Notes under the pieces: model-generated
Told to the model about the DNA's origin: nothing
Database searches by the model: none
What the model saw: the letters and a program-made list of their open reading frames with translations, nothing else
Origin: Bdellovibrionales bacterium
Lineage (GTDB): Bacteria > Bdellovibrionota > UBA1018 > CAIMNF01
Assembly: GCA_040380025.1 (NCBI GenBank)
Contig: JBEIJY010000039.1
Coordinates: forward strand, 1-17,782
Length of the DNA: 17,782 bases
Reading direction: 5' to 3'
Shown here: in pieces, positions 7,868 through 16,352 of the stretch
Position numbering within the stretch: the stretch's first letter is position 1
How the letters are laid out: every line of letters starts with the position of its first letter
Made by a program: the position numbers and the translations under genes

Positions 7868-9376
7868 ATGAATCAAGACTGGAATTCGGTGGAAATCAAG
7901 CTGGGTGCCGCTCCTCACGCGCCCGAACAGATCGCAATCGCGGACGAAGCAAGTCGCATGGTGCTCATGGAGCTTGTGGGCGAACGCCCCCGCGCCAAAG
8001 AGGCCCTTTCGCATGAGCTGAAGAAAGCGAAAAAAGAAGACGGCCCCGCCGAACCGAAAAAAATCGCGATTCCCTTCGAAGGAAAGGGCGGACTCACGGC
8101 GCTGCTCGTTTCGGGCGAAGGATCGGCGTACTCGAGGCAGACCGCGATCCGGAAGGCCTTCTTGCCCGTGCTCTCGACCGAAGAAGAATCGAAAGACATT
8201 GCTGTTTCGTTGCGGGGCTTGCGGGAGAATGATCAGGAATTGTGTCTGGACTGGATCGTCGCGCTTGCGATTCTGAGCCGCTACCGCTCGCCTGTGTTCG
8301 GAAAAAAAGGTGGGGAGCGGAAACCTCTCGGAAAAATCACGATTCATGTCGACTCGGTCATCGCCAAAAAACGCGCCGAGGGAATCATCCACGAGGCGCG
8401 GGTCCTTGGCCTCGCGAACAATCAGGTGCGGCATCTGGCCGAGCTTCCGAGCAATGTCCTGCACCCCGGGACCTATCGCGAACATGCGGCAAAGATCGCA
8501 AAAGAGTTAAAGGTGAAATTTCGTTTTCTGGGCAAGAAGGATCTCGTCAAGATGGGCGCCGGCGCATTCCTGGCCGTGGTGCAGGGGGATCACTTCGAGC
8601 GCGCGGGAATCGCGCACTTGCATTATGTGCCGCAAAAGAAGGCGAACAAAAAAAGCGTCGCCATCGTGGGCAAGGGCCTTTGCTACGACACCGGCGGATA
8701 CAATGTGAAAACCGGAGACTTCATGCACGGCATGCATCAGGACATGACCGGTTCGGCCGTGGCGCTCTCGCTGTTCCAGGTGCTGGTCGAGCTTGAAGTT
8801 CCCTACGAGGTGCATGCGTATCTGGCGCTGGCCGAGAATGTGATCTCGCACGATGCGTATCGCGCGAACGATGTCGTGATCGCCTCGAACGGCATGGCAA
8901 TCGAGGTCGAGAACACCGATGCCGAGGGACGCATGGTGCTCTCGGACACCCTCGTGCTCGCCTCGGGGACCAAGCCCGATCTGATCGTCGATTTCGCCAC
9001 GCTCACGGGTTCGGTGATTCGCTCCCTCGACACCCGCCGTGCCGGCGCGTATTCGACCGATCTGTCGCTCTCGGAGCGTGCGGTGAAGGCGGGGAACCGG
9101 GTCGGGGAGCGGGTCTGGAATTTTCCGATCGGCGAGGATTACTCCGAGTTCATTCGCTCTGATTTCGCCGATGTCCGTCAAAGTTCCACCACGAAGGCCG
9201 CGGACCACATTTATGCCGCGACTTTTTTGAGTCGCTTCGTCGCGAAGGGCACGCCGTGGGTCCATATTGATCTCGCCTGCTCGAACAATCGCGGCGGGCT
9301 CGGGCTCGTGCCCACCGAGACAACCGGATTCGGCGTCCGGTTCGGGTTGGGGCTGATTCGCGAGATCCTCGGGTAA
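7868..9376 (+). CDS. pepA: M17 family leucyl aminopeptidase
   Basis: VGKGLCYDTGGYNVK, MHQDMTGSA, ENTDAEGRMVLSD, DFATLTG, WVHIDLA metal-binding and catalytic motifs. Confidence 0.95.
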   Translation: MNQDWNSVEIKLGAAPHAPEQIAIADEASRMVLMELVGERPRAKEALSHELKKAKKEDGPAEPKKIAIPFEGKGGLTALLVSGEGSAYSRQTAIRKAFLPVLSTEEESKDIAVSLRGLRENDQELCLDWIVALAILSRYRSPVFGKKGGERKPLGKITIHVDSVIAKKRAEGIIHEARVLGLANNQVRHLAELPSNVLHPGTYREHAAKIAKELKVKFRFLGKKDLVKMGAGAFLAVVQGDHFERAGIAHLHYVPQKKANKKSVAIVGKGLCYDTGGYNVKTGDFMHGMHQDMTGSAVALSLFQVLVELEVPYEVHAYLALAENVISHDAYRANDVVIASNGMAIEVENTDAEGRMVLSDTLVLASGTKPDLIVDFATLTGSVIRSLDTRRAGAYSTDLSLSERAVKAGNRVGERVWNFPIGEDYSEFIRSDFADVRQSSTTKAADHIYAATFLSRFVAKGTPWVHIDLACSNNRGGLGLVPTETTGFGVRFGLGLIREILG

Positions 9377-9400
9377 AGATTTCGCGAAATCCGACGATAC
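9374..9400 (+). promoter_or_regulatory. Sigma28 (FliA)-like promoter overlapping the pepA stop
   Basis: TAAA-N15-GACGATAC versus TAAA-N15-GCCGATAA (perfect -35, 6/8 at -10); ends 7 nt before GTG 9408. Confidence 0.6.
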
Positions 9401-9407
9401 GGGAGTC

Positions 9408-10385
9408 GTGAAGGCATCGACTCTCACCCTTGTCGCATTGGTACTCATCGGAAGCGTCTCGTGCGAAGGACTCACGGGCACGCAGGAGACCGTCCGCAGG
9501 GTGACCCAGAACTCGCGCGCTTTCGCCGAGGGCGTCCGCGGAGTGAAAGTCATCACGGCCATTCCTCCCGTGCTCGGCAGTTTCGAGTCTCCGAATTCGG
9601 TTCCGGTGAACACGCTCATTCCCTCTGATTATCCCGGTGCAGATGGCTCTTCCACGTATCTGCCGGGTATTTCTGCCACCACTTATTTCAGCCCCGATTC
9701 GGGCACGGGGATCTCCCGACCCGATTGGATCCGCGATGTCCAGCTCGGCATCACATCGATTTCTGGAAATTCCGGATCTTGCGCTACTTTTGGCGGCACC
9801 GGCAACTATGATGTCGAGAAGTATTATCGGATCAGCGAGCGGAATTGTGCCGGAGTGAATGCGGGCAATCCGGGGGGGACGCAGGATCAGGCGTTCATTA
9901 GAATCATTCTGAATCGCGACACCGAGGTGTTCGGCTCGCGCGAGAACCTTTTGGTGCAGGTGGAGTATCAGGCGACCGGACTTCGCTTCAATCTCGATGC
10001 GACTGGCGCCGCAACCGCGAATCCCGAGCAAAACCTGGATCAGCTCTGGAAGGTCTTTTGGTACTCGTCTCTTCAGACTTCGACCATTCCGTCTCCGTTC
10101 TCGGTATTTGTTCCGCCCGTGTATGCCGCTCAGAACGGAACCGGAGGAGCGGGAACCTGCACGGGGACCTGCCCCGGATCTCCCCAAGGTGCTCCGGTCA
10201 CCGTGAAGCAGGTTCTTCTTCCGCTCTCGGCTTATCCGGATCAGGCGGTGATCCAGTTTTCGCGGATCCGCGGGAGGATCGACGATACGAATGGCGATAC
10301 TTACATCGATTCTTTCGTCTGCGGAAATGATTCCCCCTTGTGTCTCGGGCTCGTGATCCGCTCGATCACGATCATGAGGATCTGA
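9408..10385 (+). CDS. Uncharacterised lipoprotein A1 (325 aa, 6 mature Cys), paralog of 10387-11439
   Basis: GTG start, MKASTLTLVALVLIGSVS|C signal; shares ordered motifs with the next gene. Confidence 0.85.
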   Translation: MKASTLTLVALVLIGSVSCEGLTGTQETVRRVTQNSRAFAEGVRGVKVITAIPPVLGSFESPNSVPVNTLIPSDYPGADGSSTYLPGISATTYFSPDSGTGISRPDWIRDVQLGITSISGNSGSCATFGGTGNYDVEKYYRISERNCAGVNAGNPGGTQDQAFIRIILNRDTEVFGSRENLLVQVEYQATGLRFNLDATGAATANPEQNLDQLWKVFWYSSLQTSTIPSPFSVFVPPVYAAQNGTGGAGTCTGTCPGSPQGAPVTVKQVLLPLSAYPDQAVIQFSRIRGRIDDTNGDTYIDSFVCGNDSPLCLGLVIRSITIMRI

Positions 10386-10386
10386 A

Positions 10387-11439
10387 ATGAGCAGGGGCGC
10401 GCTCGTTTCCTTCCTGCTCGTGCTGATCGTGTCGCAGTCCTGCGGTCCCTTGCCCGAACCCGAGGCGATGCTGGAGGTTTCGGCGGGACATCCCGATCTT
10501 TCTGATCCTTCGGCCCGATTCGTATTTGATCGCGAGCACTTCACCGATCTTGAGGATTTTGTCTCTTACCGCTACACGCGCTTTGGCTGTCCTGGCGATG
10601 TGGTTCATGTCTTCAAAACCCGGGGACCCGATTATTCCGGCTCACCCGCTTCGTTCGATATTTCTGATGAGTCGGATGAGCTCCAGCCCACGTATCGGCC
10701 GCAGTTCGTACGGAACGTCTCGGTCGACATCACGCGGACCTATTATCCCGAAACGGTCCTCTCGTCCGTGCAAACCGACAGTTGTTCGTTTCGCGCCGAG
10801 GCGGTCGATTCCTCGGCATGCGCCGACTTCGATCCGGGATCGACTCCCACCCCGACGCCTCCGCCCCCGTATGTCGATCCGGCTCCGACGCCCGCCCCCA
10901 CGCCTTCGACGCCGGCGTATTTTTCGGGCCTGCGATTCTACCGCGTCCGCGACGCCTGGTGCGCGGGGCAGGGGAGATACCGCATGAACGCCGAAATCGA
11001 AGCGACGAAATCCCATATCGGCGGCGTGAACATCGACCTCGATCGCTCGATGCTCGGTGAGTTCGAGGACCTGCTCCTGAACCTCACCTATGTGGCATTC
11101 ACGGGCGGGAGGTCCTGGCCTTATGCAGGTCCCGACGAAATGGACCCGATCGACGAGACCCAGCTTCAGGTGAATCTTGTGGGAACAAGCCTCGGGCTCG
11201 ATGCCCTGATCGGCGCGCGGCAACCGCGTTCGTGGTTCGACGATGCCGATGCCCAGATGCCCGTGTATCGAAAGAGCATCGTCACGCTCCGCGATTCCTT
11301 CTCCTCGCTCCGGACCGAGCAGATCCTGATTCCGCTCTCGCAGAGCCCCTTGATCGACCGGATCCGGATCGAGCGCGTGCGAGGGTCCTTCCAGCTCTAT
11401 CAGATCGACCTCTACCGGCTCGGAAACCGCGGACCCTGA
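10387..11439 (+). CDS. Uncharacterised lipoprotein A2 (350 aa, 4 mature Cys, internal Pro/Thr linker)
   Basis: Starts 1 nt after the previous stop; MSRGALVSFLLVLIVSQS|C signal; PTPTPPPPYVDPAPTPAPTP linker. Confidence 0.85.
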   Translation: MSRGALVSFLLVLIVSQSCGPLPEPEAMLEVSAGHPDLSDPSARFVFDREHFTDLEDFVSYRYTRFGCPGDVVHVFKTRGPDYSGSPASFDISDESDELQPTYRPQFVRNVSVDITRTYYPETVLSSVQTDSCSFRAEAVDSSACADFDPGSTPTPTPPPPYVDPAPTPAPTPSTPAYFSGLRFYRVRDAWCAGQGRYRMNAEIEATKSHIGGVNIDLDRSMLGEFEDLLLNLTYVAFTGGRSWPYAGPDEMDPIDETQLQVNLVGTSLGLDALIGARQPRSWFDDADAQMPVYRKSIVTLRDSFSSLRTEQILIPLSQSPLIDRIRIERVRGSFQLYQIDLYRLGNRGP

Positions 11440-11505
11440 GAATCACGGTTCTGTGAGCCAATCCCGTTGAGTCCGGCCAGTCTTTTGACAGTGTCCAGAA
11501 ATTCT

Positions 11506-11532
11506 TCAGTTTTCCCCCGAAAAAACCGAATG
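11506..11532 (+). promoter_or_regulatory. Sigma28 (FliA)-like promoter
   Basis: TCAG-N15-ACCGAATG, with the same TTCAGTTTT..CCGA layout as 1011-1037; 59 nt upstream of ATG 11592. Confidence 0.45.
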
Positions 11533-11591
11533 GAAATCAGCATGGGTGCGAAGAACGGAACTTGCAGTTTCAATTCCCGGGGGATGGCGGG

Positions 11592-13535
11592 ATGAAAGCG
11601 GGAGAGAGAAAACCAATCTGGTTTTCCCGGGGGGCGGTGCTTCGGGCGCTTCTTCCCTTGGTCCTTCTCGCGGTTCCGATCACCTCCTGCACGAAAATCA
11701 GCAATGCCGTCCGCGCTCCGAGCAGCACGGTGTATCTCGGCGATCCGGTGGGCGGCGGTGATTCCGGTTCTTTCCGCCTCACGGGCGTGGTCACCGATCC
11801 CGTTCTCGGCAACTCCGTGTACAGCATGTTGGGGCAGAACAACGAATTCGAGCTCTACTGCGGCGGATCCTTCGGAGCATGCAAGTGCCGCTACACCTTC
11901 GAGCAAGGCGCGCTCGGCACCCAGATCATCGAGGTCGCCAGCACTCATCAGGAATCGAACATGATCCGTTGTCCGAACTCGGTGCCGACCGGGGTCGCCT
12001 CGTTCGAGGCCATGATCTTCACCTCGGGCGGCGACACCGGGCAGGCATTCGAATCGAACTCTCTCACAGTTTCGCTCGGCGCCGGCGCCGGCGGGGGCGG
12101 AGGACAGGTGTCGGTCCAGTATCTCGACACGCGCGATGAGCTGAGCTACGCGCAGGTGCGCCGGTATCAGTGCAAAAAAAGCGAGTTCATCGCGAGTCCC
12201 TTCGATTCCACTTTTCTCGATCCGATCCAGTCGCAGGACCCCCGCGTGATTTATCCGTTCAATTATTACACTTCGAATGTGGCAGAAAGCATCCTTGCCC
12301 TCCAGCGGAACTCCTCGGCCCAGGGCTGGGAATGCACGCTGACACCGACGCTCGATCATCGCACTCATTGGTGGGCGAATCCGATGGTGTTTTCGGCCGC
12401 TCCTTGCAGTTCGCCGTTCTGCATCGGCGATGGTGAGTTGATGTATCCCGCCGATGCGATCGAGAGCGGTCGGATTCCGGTCAGTGCCGGCTCTACGGCG
12501 AATGGCAAACGGCGATCTTCGTTTGCGCTTTTGAAGGGGCCCTATGGGGTGTTCAATGTTCCGGTCGTTGCGGCGACCGCGCCGAAGGATTACGTGAGCG
12601 CCTGGTATTCGCTCGAGTCGGTCGCTCCCGATCTCACCCTCGGTGCTCTCGGGTATGCGGCCCGTCCGATTCCGACCCAGGGAGGCAGTTCGGCGTGCCC
12701 CGCGGTTCCGATTCCCACGAATGCCCGCTGGGTGAAACTCTGGAATTTCCGTGCGACCGATCTGACTCCGCCCAAAAAGGTGACCGGGACCTCTGATTCG
12801 ATTTCGAGCCCCATCGCCTGCTGGACGCGCAGGGGGAATGGCGTGTTTGATTCGTGCGAGTATTCCCAGCATAGTATTTCCGGTTCGGGGCCGAATCTCT
12901 CGGACGTCGACGGAAGCGGGAATTTCTTGTACACCCTGGAGCATCTTGCTGCGGGACAGTTTGCCGGCAGGGTCGCCCTGACGGCCGCCACCGGGAACGG
13001 CCGGGATCCCTCGGCCTGTTACAAGGTGGATCCGGCGCTCCCCGATTTGCTTCAACCGAGCTGGTATGCATTCAGCGGGCTTTCGGTGCAGGACATGCAG
13101 GCAAAACCATGGGGGCTGTACGCGGGCATCACGGCCATCGAGTCCAGGGTCGATGCGCTCGGCACCCCGGTTCCGAATGTGAGTCCGACCCCGGCGCAGG
13201 TGTTGAATGGTTCGACCTTGAATGCCGGGACTCCATCGGACGAGGTTTTGCCCGGGCAGACGGCCGGAATCGCAAACGACAATCTTGTCGATCAGATTTT
13301 CATCGTCACCGATCCGCAAGTTCAGGACAGCTCCATGCGAAACGGCTCTCCGCCGGCGGAGTTTCAACCCGTTACCTATCGCTCGAAGGCGGGATGTCCG
13401 GGGAACAGCCGTTCGAACTGTCCGGTCTCGGGCCATGAGGGAACGATGGTGAATTGGGGAGTGCATACCGGTCAAGTGAATCAACCCGCGGGGGCGGACA
13501 CCTATCCGCTCTGCGTACTGCAATTTTTGGACTGA
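11592..13535 (+). CDS. Uncharacterised Cys-rich lipoprotein B1 (647 aa), paralog of 13541-16126
   Basis: Start placed at ATG 11592 (GGGGGA upstream); MKAGERKPIWFSRGAVLRALLPLVLLAVPITS|C signal; 15 mature Cys by manual count. Confidence 0.85.
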   Translation: MKAGERKPIWFSRGAVLRALLPLVLLAVPITSCTKISNAVRAPSSTVYLGDPVGGGDSGSFRLTGVVTDPVLGNSVYSMLGQNNEFELYCGGSFGACKCRYTFEQGALGTQIIEVASTHQESNMIRCPNSVPTGVASFEAMIFTSGGDTGQAFESNSLTVSLGAGAGGGGGQVSVQYLDTRDELSYAQVRRYQCKKSEFIASPFDSTFLDPIQSQDPRVIYPFNYYTSNVAESILALQRNSSAQGWECTLTPTLDHRTHWWANPMVFSAAPCSSPFCIGDGELMYPADAIESGRIPVSAGSTANGKRRSSFALLKGPYGVFNVPVVAATAPKDYVSAWYSLESVAPDLTLGALGYAARPIPTQGGSSACPAVPIPTNARWVKLWNFRATDLTPPKKVTGTSDSISSPIACWTRRGNGVFDSCEYSQHSISGSGPNLSDVDGSGNFLYTLEHLAAGQFAGRVALTAATGNGRDPSACYKVDPALPDLLQPSWYAFSGLSVQDMQAKPWGLYAGITAIESRVDALGTPVPNVSPTPAQVLNGSTLNAGTPSDEVLPGQTAGIANDNLVDQIFIVTDPQVQDSSMRNGSPPAEFQPVTYRSKAGCPGNSRSNCPVSGHEGTMVNWGVHTGQVNQPAGADTYPLCVLQFLD

Positions 13536-13540
13536 AAGCG

Positions 13541-16126
13541 ATGAAGACGAATCCGAGACACGAGCTCTGCCGAATCCTTCTTCTCCTTGCCGGGGTTCTT
13601 CCCTCTGCGTGCACGAACATCTCGTCGCGGGTCGGTACCATCTCCACCACGGGAAATCCCGCGGTTTTGAATCCGGGGGCGCAAATCGGAGGCTCCTATA
13701 CCCACGAGATGAAGAACGTCGCGGTCAGCGCGAATGCGGGTCAGAACGGCGGAGCGGCCGAGGCAGTTCTTTCTTTGTCGGTCGATGCGGGGCTCGCGGG
13801 GTTTCGTCCGCTCACGCAATTCTGCGGAGTCGGGGGCGTCAATCTTTGCCTCTGCGAACTGAAATGGACACAAGCGACCCAGGATGGCGTTGCCACCTAC
13901 GAGCGGACGCGCCGCCTCGTCTTGGCCTCCGTTCAAAGCGGAATCGTGACTTGTTCCATGCCTTCAGGCGACTGGGGCGAGATCGGAACCGGTACGGTGA
14001 TCCAGGTGAATATTCTTCCCGGGAATGGCAATGCGACCGGTCTTCGGGTGCGGCCGATCGGCTACAAAAAGGGGAATGTGGCGAATGCGAACGGGGATTT
14101 CCTGGACGACACCCTGACCCCGTTCCGGAACATCCACCGCTATACCTGTCATTCGAAGCGCACCAACGCCCATGAGATCCTGAACAAGTTCGTGGTTTCG
14201 ACCGGGCCGGACGAAGATGAGATCCGCACTCTGGTGGGAAGTTGTTTTTGCTCGGGAGGGCAGGCGGTCGCGGCAAACGGCGGAGCGGGGGATGTGTGCT
14301 CGACCCTGCAATGTCCGACCGGCGTTCGCGAGGGATTCTCCTCGCAGAATTACTATCGGAATTTTTACGTCCGCTCGGACCGTGTCGGTTCGATCGTGTC
14401 CTCGAACAATACCTATGATTGCCCGAAAGTCCTCGAGTCGGTGAAGGTGAGCGCCACATCGAGCGGTGGAGCCACCACCGTACCCGACACCGAAAAATCA
14501 AAGTACTGGCCCCTCGACACCACCTTTGCGCTCGCCTCGGAGTGGTCGTCGGACTGGAGCATCGGCGTCCGCGCGGCCTCGACACTGACGAACGGGGCAA
14601 ACGCCCAGACGGATGCTTGCACGAATGCCGGAACTTCATTCGTCGAGAACGGAATCATGCCCCGGTGCCTCGGCTATGCGAGAAAACCCAAATCCGACGG
14701 AACCTGCGGTTCGATTCGCGACAGCAACGGGCGACAGCGTCCGCTGGTGCGGCTCCGCCGGTATCGGGCCCTTTTGCCTGCCCGCTACAATCGCGACGGA
14801 AGACCCGAAGGAGCGCAGGGAGCCAATGGCGGCGGGGCGAATACGACCATTTATCCGGCCGTCGATGAGGTCTATGTGGCGGATCGCTTGGTCCTCGATG
14901 CGAATGCGATTCCGAATGGCGACATGATTTACGGGCCGAAGCCTTGCAACTATGCGTGGTTCGACCACGAGGGAGTCGCGGCACGGGAGGCGTCGACGCT
15001 CGGAGGAACGTGCGATTCGAGTAATCCCGGCGCCAATGATTTCGGTTCCAATCTGAACTCCTCGACCCAATACGCGCAACCGCGCTATGTCTCGACCGAG
15101 AAATTCTACAAAAACGGGGCCATCGCGACTCCTCCTTCATGGAGTGAATCGCTCTCGGTAAATCCCGACGGGTTGGTGTTTCCGAATCGCGATCAGTACG
15201 GAGGAGGCGTGGGAACGGCCAATCCGGCATTCTGTTCGGCCTCCTTGCCGGTGGTGAATTATTCGATGGGGTCTCCTTCCGGGATCGATCTTTTCTTGAG
15301 CCACCTCGATCGGAATGATTCCTTCTCTCTCGGCGGGAAGACGATCCATAAAAATGAGATCCATCTCCGACCGGCCGATCCATGGGTGCCTCAGTACGTC
15401 GAAGACACTTCCTTCGAGGCCTGTGCTCCGATTGCCGATCCGTACCTTGAGCCCCCTCTTCACTTTTACCGGGACGCCGACAAGAATATCGCCTGGTGCG
15501 CCGAGGTGTATCCGAACCAGAATCCGTACTGGGCGACGATCAACCGCAAACGGCGTCTCACCGCAGCCGGAAACGGCTACGATCAGACAGTGGTGAATTA
15601 TGCCAACAACGCGCCCACATCCTGCAACAGCGCCCATGTGAAGGGGTACACCCTCCACCAGGACACGATCGGTACGACGCTCGGGCTTGCGAACCGCTGC
15701 ACCGGAACTCCCGCCCAGGCGGTGTGTGACATGACCGACCCCTCTGCCGCGAATTGCTCGACGTTTCTCGGGCGGTATGATTCCCACAAGGATGCGGCAA
15801 CTGCCGACACCTGCGATCGCACAGTGATGTTCGATCCGGCTCGGGAGTATCGGGACTTCCCGCTCCAGGCATCCGATGCCGACATCGACAGCATGCTCGC
15901 GAACGATCTCACTCACGACAAATCGTTTGCTTGTTCGTATTCGGTCAGCAGGGTGCGCTCGCGGGTGAACCGCGGGTTCCCGTCGACCGGTTGCTGCGGA
16001 AAATTCCAGGGCCAGACGGTTCTGGGGAATCTGCTCTCGGGCGGGGCGGCGCAGGGCGGACACCTCGAGCCGCTCCTCGACGGAGCCGCACCGAACGTGA
16101 GATTCTGCGGCAGTCCCGTGGAGTGA
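13541..16126 (+). CDS. Uncharacterised large Cys-rich lipoprotein B2 (861 aa)
   Basis: Start placed at ATG 13541, 5 nt after the B1 stop; MKTNPRHELCRILLLLAGVLPSA|C signal; 27 mature Cys by manual count. Confidence 0.85.
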   Translation: MKTNPRHELCRILLLLAGVLPSACTNISSRVGTISTTGNPAVLNPGAQIGGSYTHEMKNVAVSANAGQNGGAAEAVLSLSVDAGLAGFRPLTQFCGVGGVNLCLCELKWTQATQDGVATYERTRRLVLASVQSGIVTCSMPSGDWGEIGTGTVIQVNILPGNGNATGLRVRPIGYKKGNVANANGDFLDDTLTPFRNIHRYTCHSKRTNAHEILNKFVVSTGPDEDEIRTLVGSCFCSGGQAVAANGGAGDVCSTLQCPTGVREGFSSQNYYRNFYVRSDRVGSIVSSNNTYDCPKVLESVKVSATSSGGATTVPDTEKSKYWPLDTTFALASEWSSDWSIGVRAASTLTNGANAQTDACTNAGTSFVENGIMPRCLGYARKPKSDGTCGSIRDSNGRQRPLVRLRRYRALLPARYNRDGRPEGAQGANGGGANTTIYPAVDEVYVADRLVLDANAIPNGDMIYGPKPCNYAWFDHEGVAAREASTLGGTCDSSNPGANDFGSNLNSSTQYAQPRYVSTEKFYKNGAIATPPSWSESLSVNPDGLVFPNRDQYGGGVGTANPAFCSASLPVVNYSMGSPSGIDLFLSHLDRNDSFSLGGKTIHKNEIHLRPADPWVPQYVEDTSFEACAPIADPYLEPPLHFYRDADKNIAWCAEVYPNQNPYWATINRKRRLTAAGNGYDQTVVNYANNAPTSCNSAHVKGYTLHQDTIGTTLGLANRCTGTPAQAVCDMTDPSAANCSTFLGRYDSHKDAATADTCDRTVMFDPAREYRDFPLQASDADIDSMLANDLTHDKSFACSYSVSRVRSRVNRGFPSTGCCGKFQGQTVLGNLLSGGAAQGGHLEPLLDGAAPNVRFCGSPVE

Positions 16127-16129
16127 GCG

Positions 16130-16140
16130 GAATCAATCCT
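16130..16140 (+). repeat. Left copy of 11-bp direct repeat GAATCAATCCT (candidate target-site duplication)
   Basis: Identical to 16342-16352; abuts the left terminal inverted repeat. Confidence 0.8.
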
Positions 16141-16339
16141 AACTGCCCCCTTTGAATGTTCCTGATCAGTACGGTGTTTCGGGAAAGGGGCTGGGAAACA
16201 AAAAGGTTTTGCCGACTCTCGCGAGCCAGTATGGCGAAAGCGAGGCCGGAGGACCCGGCTCGGAGGCAAAAACATTTTTGTTTCCCAGCCCCTTTGCCAA
16301 ACCACGGTACTGGGGCAAGCGCAATCAAAGGGGGCAGTT
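16141..16339. mobile_element. Complete ~199-bp non-autonomous palindromic element (MITE-like)
   Basis: Perfect 15-bp terminal inverted repeat (16141-16155/16325-16339), a second perfect 21-bp inverted segment (16184-16204/16275-16295), flanking direct repeat, two more copies in the window, no credible ORF. Confidence 0.88.
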
Positions 16340-16341
16340 GA

Positions 16342-16352
16342 GAATCAATCCT
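16342..16352 (+). repeat. Right copy of 11-bp direct repeat GAATCAATCCT
   Basis: Identical to 16130-16140; contains the stop codon of the 16345-17622 gene. Confidence 0.8.

Noticed and set aside
11483..11500. TTGACA -35 box and weak GACA-G-TGTC dyad upstream of B1
   Set aside because: No credible -10 at 16-18 nt spacing and only a 4-bp dyad; too weak to call.
11412..13523. 703-aa minus-strand ORF, and similar long antisense ORFs (3375-4673, 5695-6930, 8507-9619, 9150-10544, 15137-16063, 16732-17694)
   Set aside because: Shadow ORFs opposite better-supported genes, expected in GC-rich DNA with biased codons; no recognisable motifs.
16161..16240. Hammerhead ribozyme suggested by CTGATCA and GAAA
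   Set aside because: The core needs CUGANGA; here it is CUGAUCA, the other copy reads TTGATCA, and the three stems cannot be assembled.
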